Assembly (NCBI GenBank): GCA_964016885.1
Contig: OZ024742.1
Location: 291,586,001-291,650,000 of the forward strand
Direction: 5' to 3'
Length of the DNA stretch: 64,000 bases
Origin: Eledone cirrhosa
Lineage: Eukaryota
Below the pieces are notes generated by a model that saw only the letters and a program-made list of their open reading frames with translations, was not told the DNA's origin and made no database searches. Below are positions 40,986-58,393 of this stretch, piece by piece (position 1 is the first letter of the stretch; each line of letters begins with the position of its first letter). The translations under genes and the position numbers were made by a program.

Positions 40986-42373
40986 TATATTTAGTTTGAT
41001 TTATAATTATATGGGAAACTAGCCGATAAATCTTTGATTCTCTTTTTATTCTTTTTATTTTTATTTTATTTATTTTTATTTAAACATTCTTCATGAAAAA
41101 TTAAGCTATCCTAAAAGTTGATGCTCCAAATATTTCGAATAAACGTTACACTAGATAAACTTCTATATTAAATATAAGAACACATGTAGACCAAATTGGG
41201 CATCCTATACTTTTGAAATGATCTTTGCTAGATGCGATTTGATAGATAATTTTTGGCTTTATCTGTTTTTCGACTCTGATGTTTATAATGAACTTGGCAA
41301 TATATTGTCAATTAATTTTGAAGGGTTGATCTTTGTGGTTTATTTTATTTTTATTATTGTAGTATTTCCTAATATTTTTATTTTTAATATTTTTAATATG
41401 TAAATTTTTTAATATGTAATATTTTTAATATGTAATATTCTTTCGTAATATTTCTTAGTTTTCTATTTTATTATTACTTATTATTATTATTGTTATTTTT
41501 TGTTATTTTTAGTTTTGTTTCCGATATATTTTTATTTTTATTAGTATATTGAAATCTGCTCTATTTTTGCTTGATAGATAATCTTGTAGAGTAGAGACAG
41601 AAATAGTAATATTGACTCTATATACACATATATGTATACTTAAATTTTTATACCGCATTGAGAATACTTTCCGTGAACTTAGGGTTTGCAGAATTGATCA
41701 TGTACATTCACATAGATGTTTGTAATTATCACCAAACATAAGATCATTAATTTTCACACATTGTGGATACATATCTCATTCAGGAATACTGATATTTACA
41801 ATGTAGAGGCTGGTTTTGTAAATACTAATACCTCTACATTAAAACTGAGGTTTTTACGCCTCGCCTGTGTCTGGATATTTTTGAATTTTTTTTTTCTCTC
41901 TCTCTTTTTTTCTCTCTCTATATTTTTTCTCTCCCTATATAACAGCTGGTTTTCCCTCCATATATCTCCCTTACATTAATACTAGAGCTAAATAAATAAA
42001 TAAATAAATAAATAAATGTATCATTGATACGTTATTCAACAGACGTCCCACTACCTAGCTTTCTATATATATGTATCTATCTCTATTTGCTCTCTCTCTA
42101 TATATATATATCTTTCTGTTTCTTTACATGAAGTTCTTCTCTTTATCTATCTTTCCATCTCTTTATTTTGTTCCATGCATTTCTTCTTTTTCTTTTTCTT
42201 CGTTTTCTGTCTTTCTTTCCTTTTTTCTCTCTTTTTCTCTCTCTCTCTTTCTCTCTCTCTCTCTTTCTTTCTCTCTGTGTACAATTTTGTCACTACCAAA
42301 TCAACCTTCTCAAATGCAAGTAGATGTTGTTACGGTATGTCGAATCTATTTATCTATAAAACTGTTTATATTG

Positions 42374-42439
42374 TATTTTGTCTGAGGAAGGCATAGCATA
42401 TTGTTAATATGATATGCCTGAAATATACATAATGAAATA
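42374..42439 (+). ncRNA. Type I hammerhead ribozyme, PLE-2 3' pLTR
   Basis: tattttgt-CTGAGGA-aggcata-g-catatt-gtt-aatatg-a-tatgcct-GAAA-tataca-TA-atgaaata. Confidence 0.88.
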
Positions 42440-42582
42440 AATATGGTTTTATAAATATAGTTTCCATTTATTTAATATTGTAAATATACTCCAAATATTT
42501 GTCGAGTGCTTTTATATCAGTTATAAATATTTACTAGTTGTAACCCAACAATTTAAATATAACTTTCCATATATTTATATAT

Positions 42583-42687
<105 letters not shown>

Positions 42688-42688
42688 A

Positions 42689-42841
<153 letters not shown>

Positions 42842-42874
42842 ATATATTATATATATATATATAAATATATATAA

Positions 42875-43110
<236 letters not shown>

Positions 43111-43140
43111 ATATTACATATATATATATATATATATTAC

Positions 43141-43171
<31 letters not shown>

Positions 43172-43181
43172 ATATATATAT

Positions 43182-43284
<103 letters not shown>

Positions 43285-43295
43285 ATATAATATAT

Positions 43296-43348
<53 letters not shown>

Positions 43349-43409
43349 ATATATATATATATATATAATATATATATATATAATAAATATATATATATAT
43401 AAATATATA

Positions 43410-43489
<80 letters not shown>

Positions 43490-43506
43490 ATATATATTAT
43501 ATATAT

Positions 43507-43563
<57 letters not shown>

Positions 43564-43599
43564 AATATATATATATATATTTATATATATATATATATT

Positions 43600-43643
<44 letters not shown>

Positions 43644-43659
43644 TATATATATAAATATA

Positions 43660-43807
<148 letters not shown>

Positions 43808-43821
43808 TATAATATATATAT

Positions 43822-43911
<90 letters not shown>

Positions 43912-43914
43912 ATT

Positions 43915-44106
<192 letters not shown>

Positions 44107-44109
44107 ATT

Positions 44110-44148
<39 letters not shown>

Positions 44149-44170
44149 ATTTATATATATATATATATAT

Positions 44171-45577
44171 TATGTAGATAAATCTACCAAGAGTTTACGG
44201 TAGTGTCCAATCCGTATGAAGAACTCAATGTATTCCGGATATCATGGAAAGAAGAGATGTAATGAAAATCCACTTTCGGTGAAAGATAAACGGTATACAG
44301 AGTCAAGATAAAATATTAAACAAATAATGAACAAACAATTCCTTATATTAAACAAAAAAAGTTCACTATTTAACGATCGTTTCTAGGGTATATATGTGTT
44401 ATAATTGGTATGCATATTTAACAGATCTATGTACAAAATTATACAAAATTATACAAATTATCAAGATTAAATATACATACCTAACTCATATATACGCCGT
44501 CTTCAGAAATAATGAAGTATATTTATTGATAATAACAACAATTCAAAATATCAGTTCAAAATTGACCAATGAAAACACAAAGGGTTAAAAGCAGTTTGGT
44601 GTGTGTATATATACATGTAAAACCTTACACATATTTTACAATAATGTTTGTATAATTTGTATGTGCATACTAAAAGATGGATGCAAACACAAAATTTCAA
44701 GGTTAATATCTCTGTAAGCTTAATGCGCTGATAAGATAACGTTATTAACTTTAATTTAGTTATAATGTAATTAATAATCTACTACTGTTTGACTTCATAA
44801 TTCTGCTTCAAATATTATAAACCTAACTAATTTACACCTTGGAAATCAATATGTTGACTATCTTTGGTTTAGTTAACATATGATTAATGGTATACTTTTT
44901 TACTTTGAGATGCATAGATTTCGTATTTCCTAGCACTGAAAATATGTAAGAACATACATTGAATTAAGATACGGAAAATATTATATGTTTCTTGAAACAT
45001 ATATTTACTTTGATCCCCTTCTCCAAACCCCCCCTTTCCCCCATACTATTATCATCTGTTTTTGTAAGCGTATATGTATGAATATATGTGTAGGTGGGTG
45101 TCTAATATAGGTTTTGGTATTTATTTCTAAATATAAAAATACATATATGAGCATGTAAATATGAATGTAAGATTGAGTGTGTATATATGATTGTACATAC
45201 ATATGTATGTATATATATGTATATATATGTATTATATATGTATGTGTATGTGAATGTGTGGTATGTATATGTGTATGTATATGTATATATGTGTATGTAT
45301 GTGTATGCTTGTATATAGGAATATATATATATGTGTATATATGTATGTATATGTATATGCGTGTTTGTATGTATGTGTATATGGGTTCTGTATATATTTG
45401 TATGTCTCTCTATTTATATGTTTATCTTCGTATCTATGTGATATATGTGTGTGTGTGTGTACGTATGCATATGTATGTGTTTGTGTGTGTTTGTATGTGT
45501 GTGTGTATATATATGTGTATTTGCGCACACTCACATACACATATATATATATATATATGTGAGTGTGTATGTGTGTC

Positions 45578-45608
<31 letters not shown>

Positions 45609-45609
45609 T

Positions 45610-45649
<40 letters not shown>

Positions 45650-45651
45650 GA

Positions 45652-45683
<32 letters not shown>

Positions 45684-45793
45684 GGTGTCTATGTGTGAAT
45701 ATATGTCTTTATTCGTATGTGTGTATTTATGTATGTATATATTTATGTGTATGTATGTATGTGTATGTATGTATGTATATATATATATATATG

Positions 45794-45826
<33 letters not shown>

Positions 45827-46176
45827 ATATTATTCTTTATTATTATTGTAATATAACTTATGTGTATATGTGTATAAGTGAGATTGTGTATGTATATATA
45901 CTATGTGTATATATAAGAGTAATGAAATATATATATATATATATATATGTGCATGTCTGTTTTTTTTTTTTTTATGTGTGTGTATATATATATATGTATG
46001 TGTATATATATATATATATATATGTGTGTACGTGTGTGTATGTGGATATATATATATATATATATATATATACATGTGGGTGTTTGTATGTGTATTTATT
46101 ATTGGTGGTATGAGTGTGTGGATATATATGTTTATATATATATATGTGTGTGTGTATATATATATATATGAGTCTA

Positions 46177-46225
<49 letters not shown>

Positions 46226-47205
46226 ATGTGTGTATGTGTTGCGCGTGTGTGTGTGTGTATTTATATCTTTTTATATGTGTATGTGTATGTTCGTGTAAAT
46301 GTATGTGTGTGTATGACTGTATAGGTATGTGTGTATGTATGTATGTGTAAATATTTCTATGTGCGCGTACATGTATGTATGTGTATGTATATCTGTATGT
46401 GTATGTACATTATATTATATTTATTATACTTTATTGTTTTTATTTTTTTATTTTTCTTAATTTATAGATACATTTATATTAGGCAGTCTGGTCTGACAAT
46501 CTAATACTGACCCCTCCCCCCCCCCCTCCCACCTAATTTCTGTATCTTGATCTTGAAATGCGTGTGCCAGTGTTTTATGTGAGTGACTTAATTTCTATTT
46601 GCTTATGATTTTATATCCACATATATAAATGTGAGTGGGGGAGTGTGTGTGTTTGTATGTTCGTGGTTATGTGTATATTTATGCATATACGCACATGTAT
46701 GTGTGATTATACTGATATGTGTGAGTATGAAAAAAATATATTTATATGATTGACTCCATAAGTATCATTGCGTATCTTATCAGCGCATTAAGCTTACAGA
46801 GATATTAACCTTGAAATTTTGTGTTTGCATCCATCTTTTTAGTATGCACATACAAATTATACAAACATTATTGTAAAATATGTGTAAGGTTTTTACATGT
46901 ATATATACACACACCAAACTGCTTTTAACCCTTTGTGTTTTCATTGGTCAATTTTGAACTGATATTTTGAATTGTTGTTATTATCAATAAATATACTTCA
47001 TTATTTCTGAAGACGGCGTATATATGAGTTAGGTATGTATATTTAATCTTGATAATTTGTATAATTTTGTATAATTTTGTACATAGATCTGTTAAATATG
47101 CATACCAATTATAACACATATATACCCTAGAAACGATCGTTAAATAGTGAACTTTTTTTGTTTAATATAATGAATTGTTTGTTCATTATTTGTTTAATAT
47201 TTTAT
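44171..47205. mobile_element. Non-coding PLE-like remnant: inverted terminal segments (44308-44738 / 46773-47205) around a TG/TA-rich interior
   Basis: About 430-bp inverted repeat with a long-stem-II HHR in each arm. The left arm has a ~140-bp extra tail. Flanked by (TA)n. Confidence 0.7.
46997..47151 (+). ncRNA. Type I hammerhead ribozyme with ~116-nt stem II (second copy 44362-44516, minus)
   Basis: ttcattattt-CTGAAGA-[47014-47129]-GAAA-cgatcg-TT-aaatagtgaa. Stem II pairs gtatatatg/catatatac and ggtatgtatatttaa/ttaaatatgcatacc. Confidence 0.8.
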
Positions 47206-47232
47206 ATATATATATATATTTATATATATATT

Positions 47233-47265
<33 letters not shown>

Positions 47266-47280
47266 TTATATATATATATT

Positions 47281-47363
<83 letters not shown>

Positions 47364-47478
47364 TTATATATATATATATAAATATATATATAAATATATA
47401 TATTTATATATATATAAATATATATTTATATATATATAAATATATATTTATATATATATAAATATATATATATATATT

Positions 47479-47511
<33 letters not shown>

Positions 47512-47526
47512 TTATATATATATATT

Positions 47527-47577
<51 letters not shown>

Positions 47578-47704
47578 TTATATATATATATATAAATATA
47601 TATATAAATATATATATTTATATATATATAAATATATATTTATATATATATAAATATATATTTATATATATATAAATATATATATATATATAAACATATA
47701 TATT

Positions 47705-47738
<34 letters not shown>

Positions 47739-47777
47739 AATATATATTTATATATATATAAATATATATATATATAA

Positions 47778-47826
<49 letters not shown>

Positions 47827-47987
47827 ATTTATATATATTTATATATATATATATTTATATATATATTTATATATATATATATATTTATATATTTATATAT
47901 ATATTTATATATTTATATATATATTTATATATATATATATATTTATATATATATTTATATATATATATATATTTATATATTTATATA

Positions 47988-48023
<36 letters not shown>

Positions 48024-48089
48024 TATATATATAAATATATATATTTATATATATATATATATAAATATATATATATAAATATATATATT

Positions 48090-48151
<62 letters not shown>

Positions 48152-48159
48152 TATATATT

Positions 48160-48222
<63 letters not shown>

Positions 48223-48233
48223 TTATATATATA

Positions 48234-48304
<71 letters not shown>

Positions 48305-48305
48305 T

Positions 48306-48336
<31 letters not shown>

Positions 48337-48429
48337 ATATTTATATATATTTATATATATATATATTTATATATATATTTATATATATATATTTATATAT
48401 ATATATATTTATATATATATGTTTATATA

Positions 48430-48476
<47 letters not shown>

Positions 48477-48559
48477 TTATATATATATATTTATATATAT
48501 ATCTTTATATATATATCTTTATATATATATCTTTATATATATATATTTATATATATATT

Positions 48560-48597
<38 letters not shown>

Positions 48598-48667
48598 TAT
48601 ATATATATATTTATATATATATATTTATATATATATATTTATATATATATATTTATATATATATATT

Positions 48668-48701
<34 letters not shown>

Positions 48702-48715
48702 TATATATATATATT

Positions 48716-48770
<55 letters not shown>

Positions 48771-48841
48771 ATATATATATGTATATTTATATATATATAT
48801 ATATATATTTACATATATATTTATATATATATATATATGTA

Positions 48842-48884
<43 letters not shown>

Positions 48885-48907
48885 TTATATATATATATAT
48901 ATATGTA

Positions 48908-48983
<76 letters not shown>

Positions 48984-49051
48984 TATATATATTTATATAT
49001 ATATATATATGTTTATATATATATATATATTTATATATATTTATATATATT

Positions 49052-49108
<57 letters not shown>

Positions 49109-49143
49109 TTATATATATATATATATATATGTTTATATATATT

Positions 49144-49176
<33 letters not shown>

Positions 49177-49221
49177 TTATATATATATATATATTTATAT
49201 ATATTTATATATTTATATATT

Positions 49222-49272
<51 letters not shown>

Positions 49273-49315
49273 ATATATATATTTATATATATATGTTTAT
49301 ATATATTTATATATA

Positions 49316-49994
49316 TATAAATTGAAACAAAATGAAAACGAAATTTCATTTCTCACTCTTAGTATGGCACTTACTTAAATGTAAGTATGCATGTATACGT
49401 ACATACATATATGTATACAGACGTACAGTAGCATGCACATATACATATATATATACATATGCATACAGGTACACATACATATATGCACGTATCAGTTTAG
49501 CGGCGCTAGCGTCGCTTTGTTCGTTTGTAAACAAACTGAACAGCCTGAATTTATGCCATACGGTATTAAGGCAACCACGTCAGCTTTTTGTTCAACACTG
49601 ACACAGGAACGATGTACTAGTTTCAAGCTTGTTAGCTATCATCAGCACCGTTTACCCATCTGCCAGATATTTGAACGTTCGAAAGTATATACTTTCCTTA
49701 TGAAAATTAACGGCTGAGCAGCCTAATTTGCATATTGAGTGAGTTAAATCGGTCAGGTTTACCGAAAACGATAAATTGAAACAAAATGAAAACGAAATTT
49801 CATTTCTCACTCTTAGTATGGAACTTACTTAAATGTAAGTATGCATGTATACGTACATACATATATGTATACAGACGTACAGTAGCATGCACATATATAT
49901 ATATATATATATATACATATGCATACAGGTACACATACATATATGCACGTATCAGTTTAGCGGCGCTAACGTCGCTTTGTTCGTTTGTAAACAA
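49316..49994 (-). mobile_element. Retrozyme-like array, family B (454-bp unit, ~1.5 copies), HHR at 49610-49650
   Basis: Unit repeats at 49320 and 49774. Reverse complement reads cggtg-CTGATGA-t-agct-aaca-agct-t-GAAA-ctag-TA-catcg. Confidence 0.85.
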
Positions 49995-50004
49995 TATATA
50001 TATA

Positions 50005-50055
<51 letters not shown>

Positions 50056-50084
50056 ATATTTATATATATATGTTTATATATATT

Positions 50085-50150
<66 letters not shown>

Positions 50151-50403
50151 TATATATATATATATTTATATATATATATTTATATATATATGTTTATATA
50201 TATTTATATATTTATATATATATATATTTATATATATATATATTTATATATATATGTTTATATATATTTATATATATATATTTATATATATATATTTATA
50301 TATATATGTTTATATATATTTATATATTTATATATATATATATTTATATATATATATATTTATATATATATGTTTATATATATTTATATATATATATATA
50401 TAT

Positions 50404-50897
<494 letters not shown>

Positions 50898-50908
50898 ATA
50901 TATATATT

Positions 50909-50945
<37 letters not shown>

Positions 50946-51018
50946 ATTTATATATATATATATATATCTATATATATAAATAAATATATATAAATATATA
51001 TATATTTATATATATATA

Positions 51019-51064
<46 letters not shown>

Positions 51065-51098
51065 TATATAAATATATATATATTTATATATATATATT

Positions 51099-51131
<33 letters not shown>

Positions 51132-51132
51132 T

Positions 51133-51272
<140 letters not shown>

Positions 51273-51300
51273 AATATATATATATTTATATATATATATT

Positions 51301-51455
<155 letters not shown>

Positions 51456-51520
51456 ATTTATATATATATATATTTATATATATGTATATATATATATATA
51501 AATATATATATATGTATATT

Positions 51521-51560
<40 letters not shown>

Positions 51561-51596
51561 AATATATATATATTTATATATATATATTTATATATA

Positions 51597-51643
<47 letters not shown>

Positions 51644-51654
51644 TTATATATATA

Positions 51655-51737
<83 letters not shown>

Positions 51738-51746
51738 TTATATGTA

Positions 51747-51827
<81 letters not shown>

Positions 51828-51836
51828 TTATATGTA

Positions 51837-51885
<49 letters not shown>

Positions 51886-51958
51886 TTATATATATATATA
51901 TATATATATGTATATTTATATATATATATATAAATATATATATATATTTATATATATA

Positions 51959-51997
<39 letters not shown>

Positions 51998-52012
51998 TTA
52001 TATATATATATT

Positions 52013-52067
<55 letters not shown>

Positions 52068-52172
52068 TTATATATATATATATATTATATATATGTATAT
52101 TTATATATATATATATAAATATATATATATATATGTATATTTATATATATATATATATATATATGTATATTT

Positions 52173-52205
<33 letters not shown>

Positions 52206-52335
52206 AATATATATATATATAAATATATATATATTAATATATATATATATATATTTATATCTATATATATAAATATATATATATATATAAATATTTATAT
52301 ATATAAATATATATATAAATATATATATATATATA

Positions 52336-52370
<35 letters not shown>

Positions 52371-52371
<1 letters not shown>

Positions 52372-55300
52372 CAATATTAAATAAATGGAAACTATATTTA
52401 TAAAACCATATTTATTTCATTATATATATTTCGGGGATATCATATTAACAATATGCTATGCCTTCCTCAGACAAAATACAATATAAACAGCTTTATAGAT
52501 AAATAGATTCGACATACCGTTATAACACCGACTTCCATTTGAAGAGGTTTAAGCTGGCAGTGAAAAAATTTTACACAGAGAGAAAGAAAGAGAGAAAAAA
52601 AAAGAGAGAAAAAAAAGAGAAAAAAGAAAGAAAGACAGAGAACGAAGAAAAGGAAGAAAAAGAAGAAATGCATGGAACAAAATAGAGAGATGGAAAGATA
52701 GATAAAGCGAAGAACTTCATGTAAAGAAACAGAAAGAGATATATATATATAGAGAGAGAGGAAATAGAGATAGATACATATATATATATAGAAAATTAGG
52801 TAGTGGGAGGTCATTTTGAGTAAATGTATCAATGATACATTTATTTATTTATTTATTTATTTAGCTCAAGTATTAATGTAATGTAAGAGAGAAAAAAATA
52901 TAGAGAGAGAAAAACTAGCGAGAGAAAAAAAATTTAAAAATAGCCAGATATATTCGAGGCGTAAAAACCCTATGTTTTAATGTATTAGTATTTATAAAAC
53001 TTACACTATATTGTAAATATCAGTATTCCTGAATGAGACAAGTATCCATAGTGTGTGAAAATTAATTATCTTATGTTTAGTTTTTTAAAAAAAATTCATA
53101 TGTTTATGTGACAGCTACAAACATCCATGCGAATCCACATGATTCACTCTGCAAACTCTAAGTTCACGGAAAACATTCTCAATGTTGTATAACAATTTGA
53201 GCATACATATATGTGTATTATTATTCCTGTCTTTACTCTACAAGATTATCTATCAAGCAGAAATAGAGAGCAGATTTCAATATACTAATAAAAATATATA
53301 TCAGAAACAAAACTAAAAAAATAAAAAGATAACAATAATAATAATAAGTAAAAATAAGTAATAATAAAAAAATAAAAATAAAAAAGAAAACTAAAAAAAT
53401 ATTACGAAAGAATATTACATAATAAAAATATTACATATTAAAAATATTACGTATTAAAAAATATTACGTATTAAAAATTTACATATTAAAGATATTAAAA
53501 ATAAAAATAAAAAATAAAAAATATAAAATATTATAAAATATATAAAATACTACAATAATAAAAAAATAAAAATAAAAATAAACCACAAAGATCAACCCTT
53601 CAAAGTTAATTGACAATATATTACCAAGTTCATTACAAGACAAAGCCAAAAATTATCTATCAAATCACATCTAGCAAAGATCATTTCAAAAAGTTTATGA
53701 CGTCCAATTTGGTCTACATATGTTCTTATATTTAATATAGAAGTTTATCTAGTGTAAGGTTTATTCAAAATATTTGGAGCATCAGCTTTTAGGGTAGCTT
53801 AATTTTTCATGAGGAATGTTTAAATAAAAATAAAATAAAAATAAACAATAAAAAAAGAATAAAAAGAAGGAATCAAAAATTTAGGAATCAAAAATTTATC
53901 GGCTAGTTTCCCATATAAATATAAATCAAACTAAATATACTACATTTTAAATTTAAATTTATATTTAAACGTTGAGTTTAATCTATGTTTGCAACAACTG
54001 AATAAATTTGTCCGTAGGTTAAGGGAATTTTTAGATTTTAGTATAAAGAATATCTCCTCTGCGCAGAGGTCACATGTCTCAGAGGATGAATTAAAAGGAA
54101 TCCCTCTTGAGACTATATTCCAAGCCGTCGAATATCTAACGTTATCTAGCTTAAGTTGCCAGAGTACGCCTGATAGTGCCGTTGAAGATTTTTTACTTGG
54201 ATCTGTGAAAGAATTCTTGTGGTTATTATAGCGAAGTTTAAATTCCGTCGATGTGGAACCGACGTAGTTAAAAGAATTAGAGTCAGTATTAACATTACAA
54301 TTGTATACTATATTTTTAACTAAGCAGTTGTTATTTAACGGACATTTAGATCTATCTCTACAGTTACATTTGTTAACTTGTATATTATTTATGCTATTAT
54401 CACTAGGTTTTAAGTTCCTATTATTTATTCTATTAATATTTTGTGCTAAATTTTTGGTGGATGAGTAGGTTAATTTAATTGTATGCCTATTGAAAATTGA
54501 GTGATACCTATGTGTTCTAGGGAAGCGATTATCAAGAGCTCTGAAAAATAATTTAGCGATGTGGGTTTTAATGTTTAGTGAGAAAGGGGGGCAAACCAAA
54601 TTATGTTCCTAGTTCTATTTCTTTTTTGTCCTTTGGAATTATTGTAATGCTTTCTATTATAGTTGTTAATGTTGTTGCCGTAATTAAAAAAGTTGTTACT
54701 TTGTTTAGTTTGTCTATCATTATCTATGTACACAATCTTATCAGCATATCCTGCCCTAGCTAATGCTTCATTATAGTATTGGGCCTTTTCGTCGAAAATC
54801 TTTCTATTCGACGAGATCCTAGAGATACGTTTTTGAACTGAGTTTACTATAGTGTTTTTGACAGATCTGGGGTGGTTAGAGTTAAAGTTGACATAGTTTA
54901 AGTTTTCATTCAACTTGCGAAAAGGATAGTGGAGACATGTGTTGAGATTTAATGTTATATCTAGGAAATTGACTATTCTATGGTTGTTCTCAATTTCTAT
55001 TTTAAGGTTAAAGTAATTAAAAAATTTTGTAATTTGTTTACATTTTCTATTTAGTTCAGGGTTATTATTATTAATAAGTAAAAGCATGTCATCCCTATAT
55101 AAACCTCCGGTAGTACCAGGTATTTTCCTATGTAGCGAATTGATTAAAAATAAGCCCACAAGGTCAGTTACCTGAGCTGAGTCGGAAGATCCCATAGTTA
55201 TGTCAAAATTGCTATCTCTATCTGCTCTGGTCCATAATTTGTCATTAAATTCTATCAAAGTTTTCCTAGCCGATAATATAATATGCATTTCTTTGCTAGT

Positions 55301-55584
55301 TAGGTCAGTATGTTTGAATGCGTAATTTAGTGCCTTATTTAGTAGACTAGGGGTAATAGAAAAATAATAGTTAGCTATATCAAGTTGAATAAACCTATCA
55401 TTATTGTTATATTTAATTTGCCTAAAACCACTCAACAACCTCTCCAGTTCCCTTCCACAAGCTCAGGTTAGATACACAATCCAAGTTCTTAATTTGCTGT
55501 ATCACCCTGTCAAGAATGTTTTTGCTTAATTTGCCCAGGTCCGATTTTGAAGGTGCGATCAATCTAACTGGCAGGTCAGTTTCA
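52371..55584 (-). mobile_element. 5'-truncated PLE-2 family copy (RT-GIY-YIG, frameshifted; 3'UTR; pLTR with HHR at 52413-52478)
   Basis: ORFs 54575-55438 and 53940-54599 are nearly identical to PLE-2 (GGLYRDD, CNCRDRSKC, YVGST). (TA)n on both sides. Confidence 0.92.
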
Positions 55585-55660
55585 TATATATATATATAAA
55601 TATATATATAAATATATATTTATATATATATATATATATAAATATATATTTATGTATATT

Positions 55661-55726
<66 letters not shown>

Positions 55727-55880
55727 TATATTTATATATATATATATATATAAATATATATTTATATATATATAAATATATAAATATATATTTATATATA
55801 TATAAATATATATATATTTATATATATATATATTTATATATATATATATTTATATATATATATTTATATAAATATATATT

Positions 55881-55946
<66 letters not shown>

Positions 55947-57080
55947 ATATAAGATCAAAAGATGGTTAAAGGAGTTCCATGTATTTTATTATGCGCATTT
56001 CAAAAACAAACATCATCATGCAATAATATTTGTGTTTTCATCAGATAAAACAGAACATGATATGAAGGCTAAAAAACACTTGTGGATAGTGCAGTTTTAA
56101 ATGAACATATGAAAAGTGGTTTTAGATTGATGTGTGATATTGGGAAAAATATTTTATTTAGAGAGGGGGGGGGGAAAGGATGAAAAAGGGGAGGAGATGA
56201 GAGGGAGAGATGGGTGATAGAGAGAAAGAGATAGTTTTTATAACTGAGAGGAGATATATTGTTTTACATAGAGAGGTTGAAAACCGTTGGAAGATAATGT
56301 ATAAATTAAAAGAATTTGAAAATTAACGAAGGGAGGATATGTGCGAGGAAAAAATATTTTATTTAGGGAGGGGGGGGGGGTGGAAAGGATGAAAAAAGGG
56401 GGAGGAGATGAGAGTGAAGGTGGAGAGGGAGAGATGGGTGATAGAGAGAAAGAGATAGTTTTTATAACTGAGAAAAAGATATATTGTTTTACATAGAGAG
56501 GTTGAGAACCGTTGGAAGATAATGTATAAATTAAAGGAATTTGAAAATTAACGAAGGGAATTTATGTATGAAGATAGAGAGAAAAAATAATAATTGTGGA
56601 TGAATATTCTAACGTCAAAAAAAGTGTATGTTGATAAGTATTGTGGCAATTTCAAAATTAACGAAGAGAAAAATTATTAAGGTTTGTGTGTAGAAGGATT
56701 TGAGAAAAATAATGTGAAGTTAAAGTTTGTATATTGAAGGAATTGATAATATATGCGAATAAAGAGTTAATATGTATTAAGAATGAGTTCGTTGATGGGG
56801 AGAAAAAAATAATAAATTAAGGATGAAATTGAGATTAAAAAGTTTTATGATAGAGAGAAAAAATAATAATGATTGCGGATGAATATTCTAACGTCAAAAA
56901 AACAAATGTATATGTTATGAAGGATTTTACAAGGTGAAGATAGAAAGAGGGTAATGAGTAAACAAGTATTATAGAGTGTATAATGCCCTTTAAAGTAAGG
57001 TAGGAAGATGGGTATATTTTAAAGAGGTGTATGTATATGTGCCTTTGAGAAAAGATTCTAAATTGATAAAGAATTGAATA

Positions 57081-58380
57081 TTAACTGTATACTTTGTGAA
57101 AAGTCCTATGGAATTTATGCAGGCAGATAGAAAACAAATCAGTACGTCTATTTATTATAGAATCTAGGTTAGAGATAATGGTAAATTTTTCATTTAGGCA
57201 GAGATTACAGATTTTAGATAGAGAGCTGTTCAAGTATGAGGATGCAGAAGAAACCTTCTTCCAAAAGATGGTATATTTAATGTTTTTGTCTTTCAAGGAC
57301 CATATGAGTTCTGAGAGAGCTGTGTTGGTTCTTTTAAGTTTGTATTTGAAAGATGAATGATGATTATAGAGACGAGCTTTAAAAGAGGTGGAAGTGGAGC
57401 CAAAATAGGTGAAGGAATTGGTGCTAGTTATCATTTTACATTCATAAATTAAGTTTTTATCGAGACAATGGTTGTTGAGAGGACATTTATTTTTAATGCG
57501 GCAGTTGCAATTAGAGAGATTATTAATGAGTGACCTAGTGTTATCTATAGAAGGAATTGGATTGGAGAAGTTGTTTGCGATAGGAATAATAGGAATAATA
57601 GTTTCTTGATTTAGAGTTGGATTATGAACATTTAGCGAAGTTGTGTTTGACGTTGTATTTGGGTTTACAGAAGTTAGCCTAGGGTTTACAATGACGTCGG
57701 GAGTACTATTACTGTTATTATGAAATTCAATGTTGGAAGGAAGAGATTTAGTATTTAGTATTTTATTGTTGTGTTTAGAGATGATGTTGGAAATATTGGA
57801 GGATGTAGAATAAGAAAATTTGATGGTGTGTTTGTTAAATATTTTACTATAGATATGTGAGGGAGGGAAGCATTTATTTAAGGCACTAAAAAATAATTTA
57901 GGAATATTGTTATTAATAGAGATGGAGAAAGGAGCATTATACCAGATTATGTTTTTGTATCTAGGTCTTTTATTAAAATTATTGGAATGATCATGATTAA
58001 TTATGCTACTGTAAGTTTTTCTAGAATTTGTTTCTTTACTATATTTGATTTTATCTGGATAGCCGGCTTTAGAAAGTGCGTTATTATAGTAATTGGCGTT
58101 AGCATCAAAGATGTTTTTATTAGAAGATATGTTAGATATTCTTTTTCCAATATTACTAACTATAGCATTCTTGATATTGGTAGGATGGTTAGATTTAAAG
58201 TTAACATAATTTAGGTTCTCATTGTTTTTATGGTAAGGGTAATATAGGCCAGTGTCAAGATTAAGAGATACATCCAAGAAATTAGCTAGTTTGATACTAT
58301 TATCAAATTCAATTTTTAGGTTATGTTGGTTAAAGAGATTACGTATATTGTTCTTAATAATATTAAGGTTAACTATATTG
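57081..58380 (-). CDS. PLE-3 partial ORF (RT C-terminus, linker, GIY-YIG), open but 5'-truncated
   Basis: NFLDVSL, SNHP, AGY, IIWYNAPFS, CNCRIKNKCPLNNHC, LIY..YFGSTSTSFKARLYNH, CNLCLNE, CLH. Confidence 0.8.
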
Positions 58381-58393
58381 CAATATGTTCTCC

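Larger units (their letters stand above)
35693..42571 (+). mobile_element. Penelope-like element PLE-2 (Hydra-clade-like): inverted 5'-truncated copy (35693-38177) plus pLTR-ORF-3'UTR-pLTR (38176-42571)
   Basis: 35925-38177 is the reverse complement of ~40160-42430. Direct pLTRs at ~38176-38731 and ~41999-42571. (TA)n on both sides. Confidence 0.92.

Noticed and set aside
44308-47205. MITE or DNA transposon with 430-bp terminal inverted repeats (also 34676-35271)
   Set aside because: The arms are asymmetric in length and carry outward-facing hammerheads, which matches PLE inverted pLTRs.
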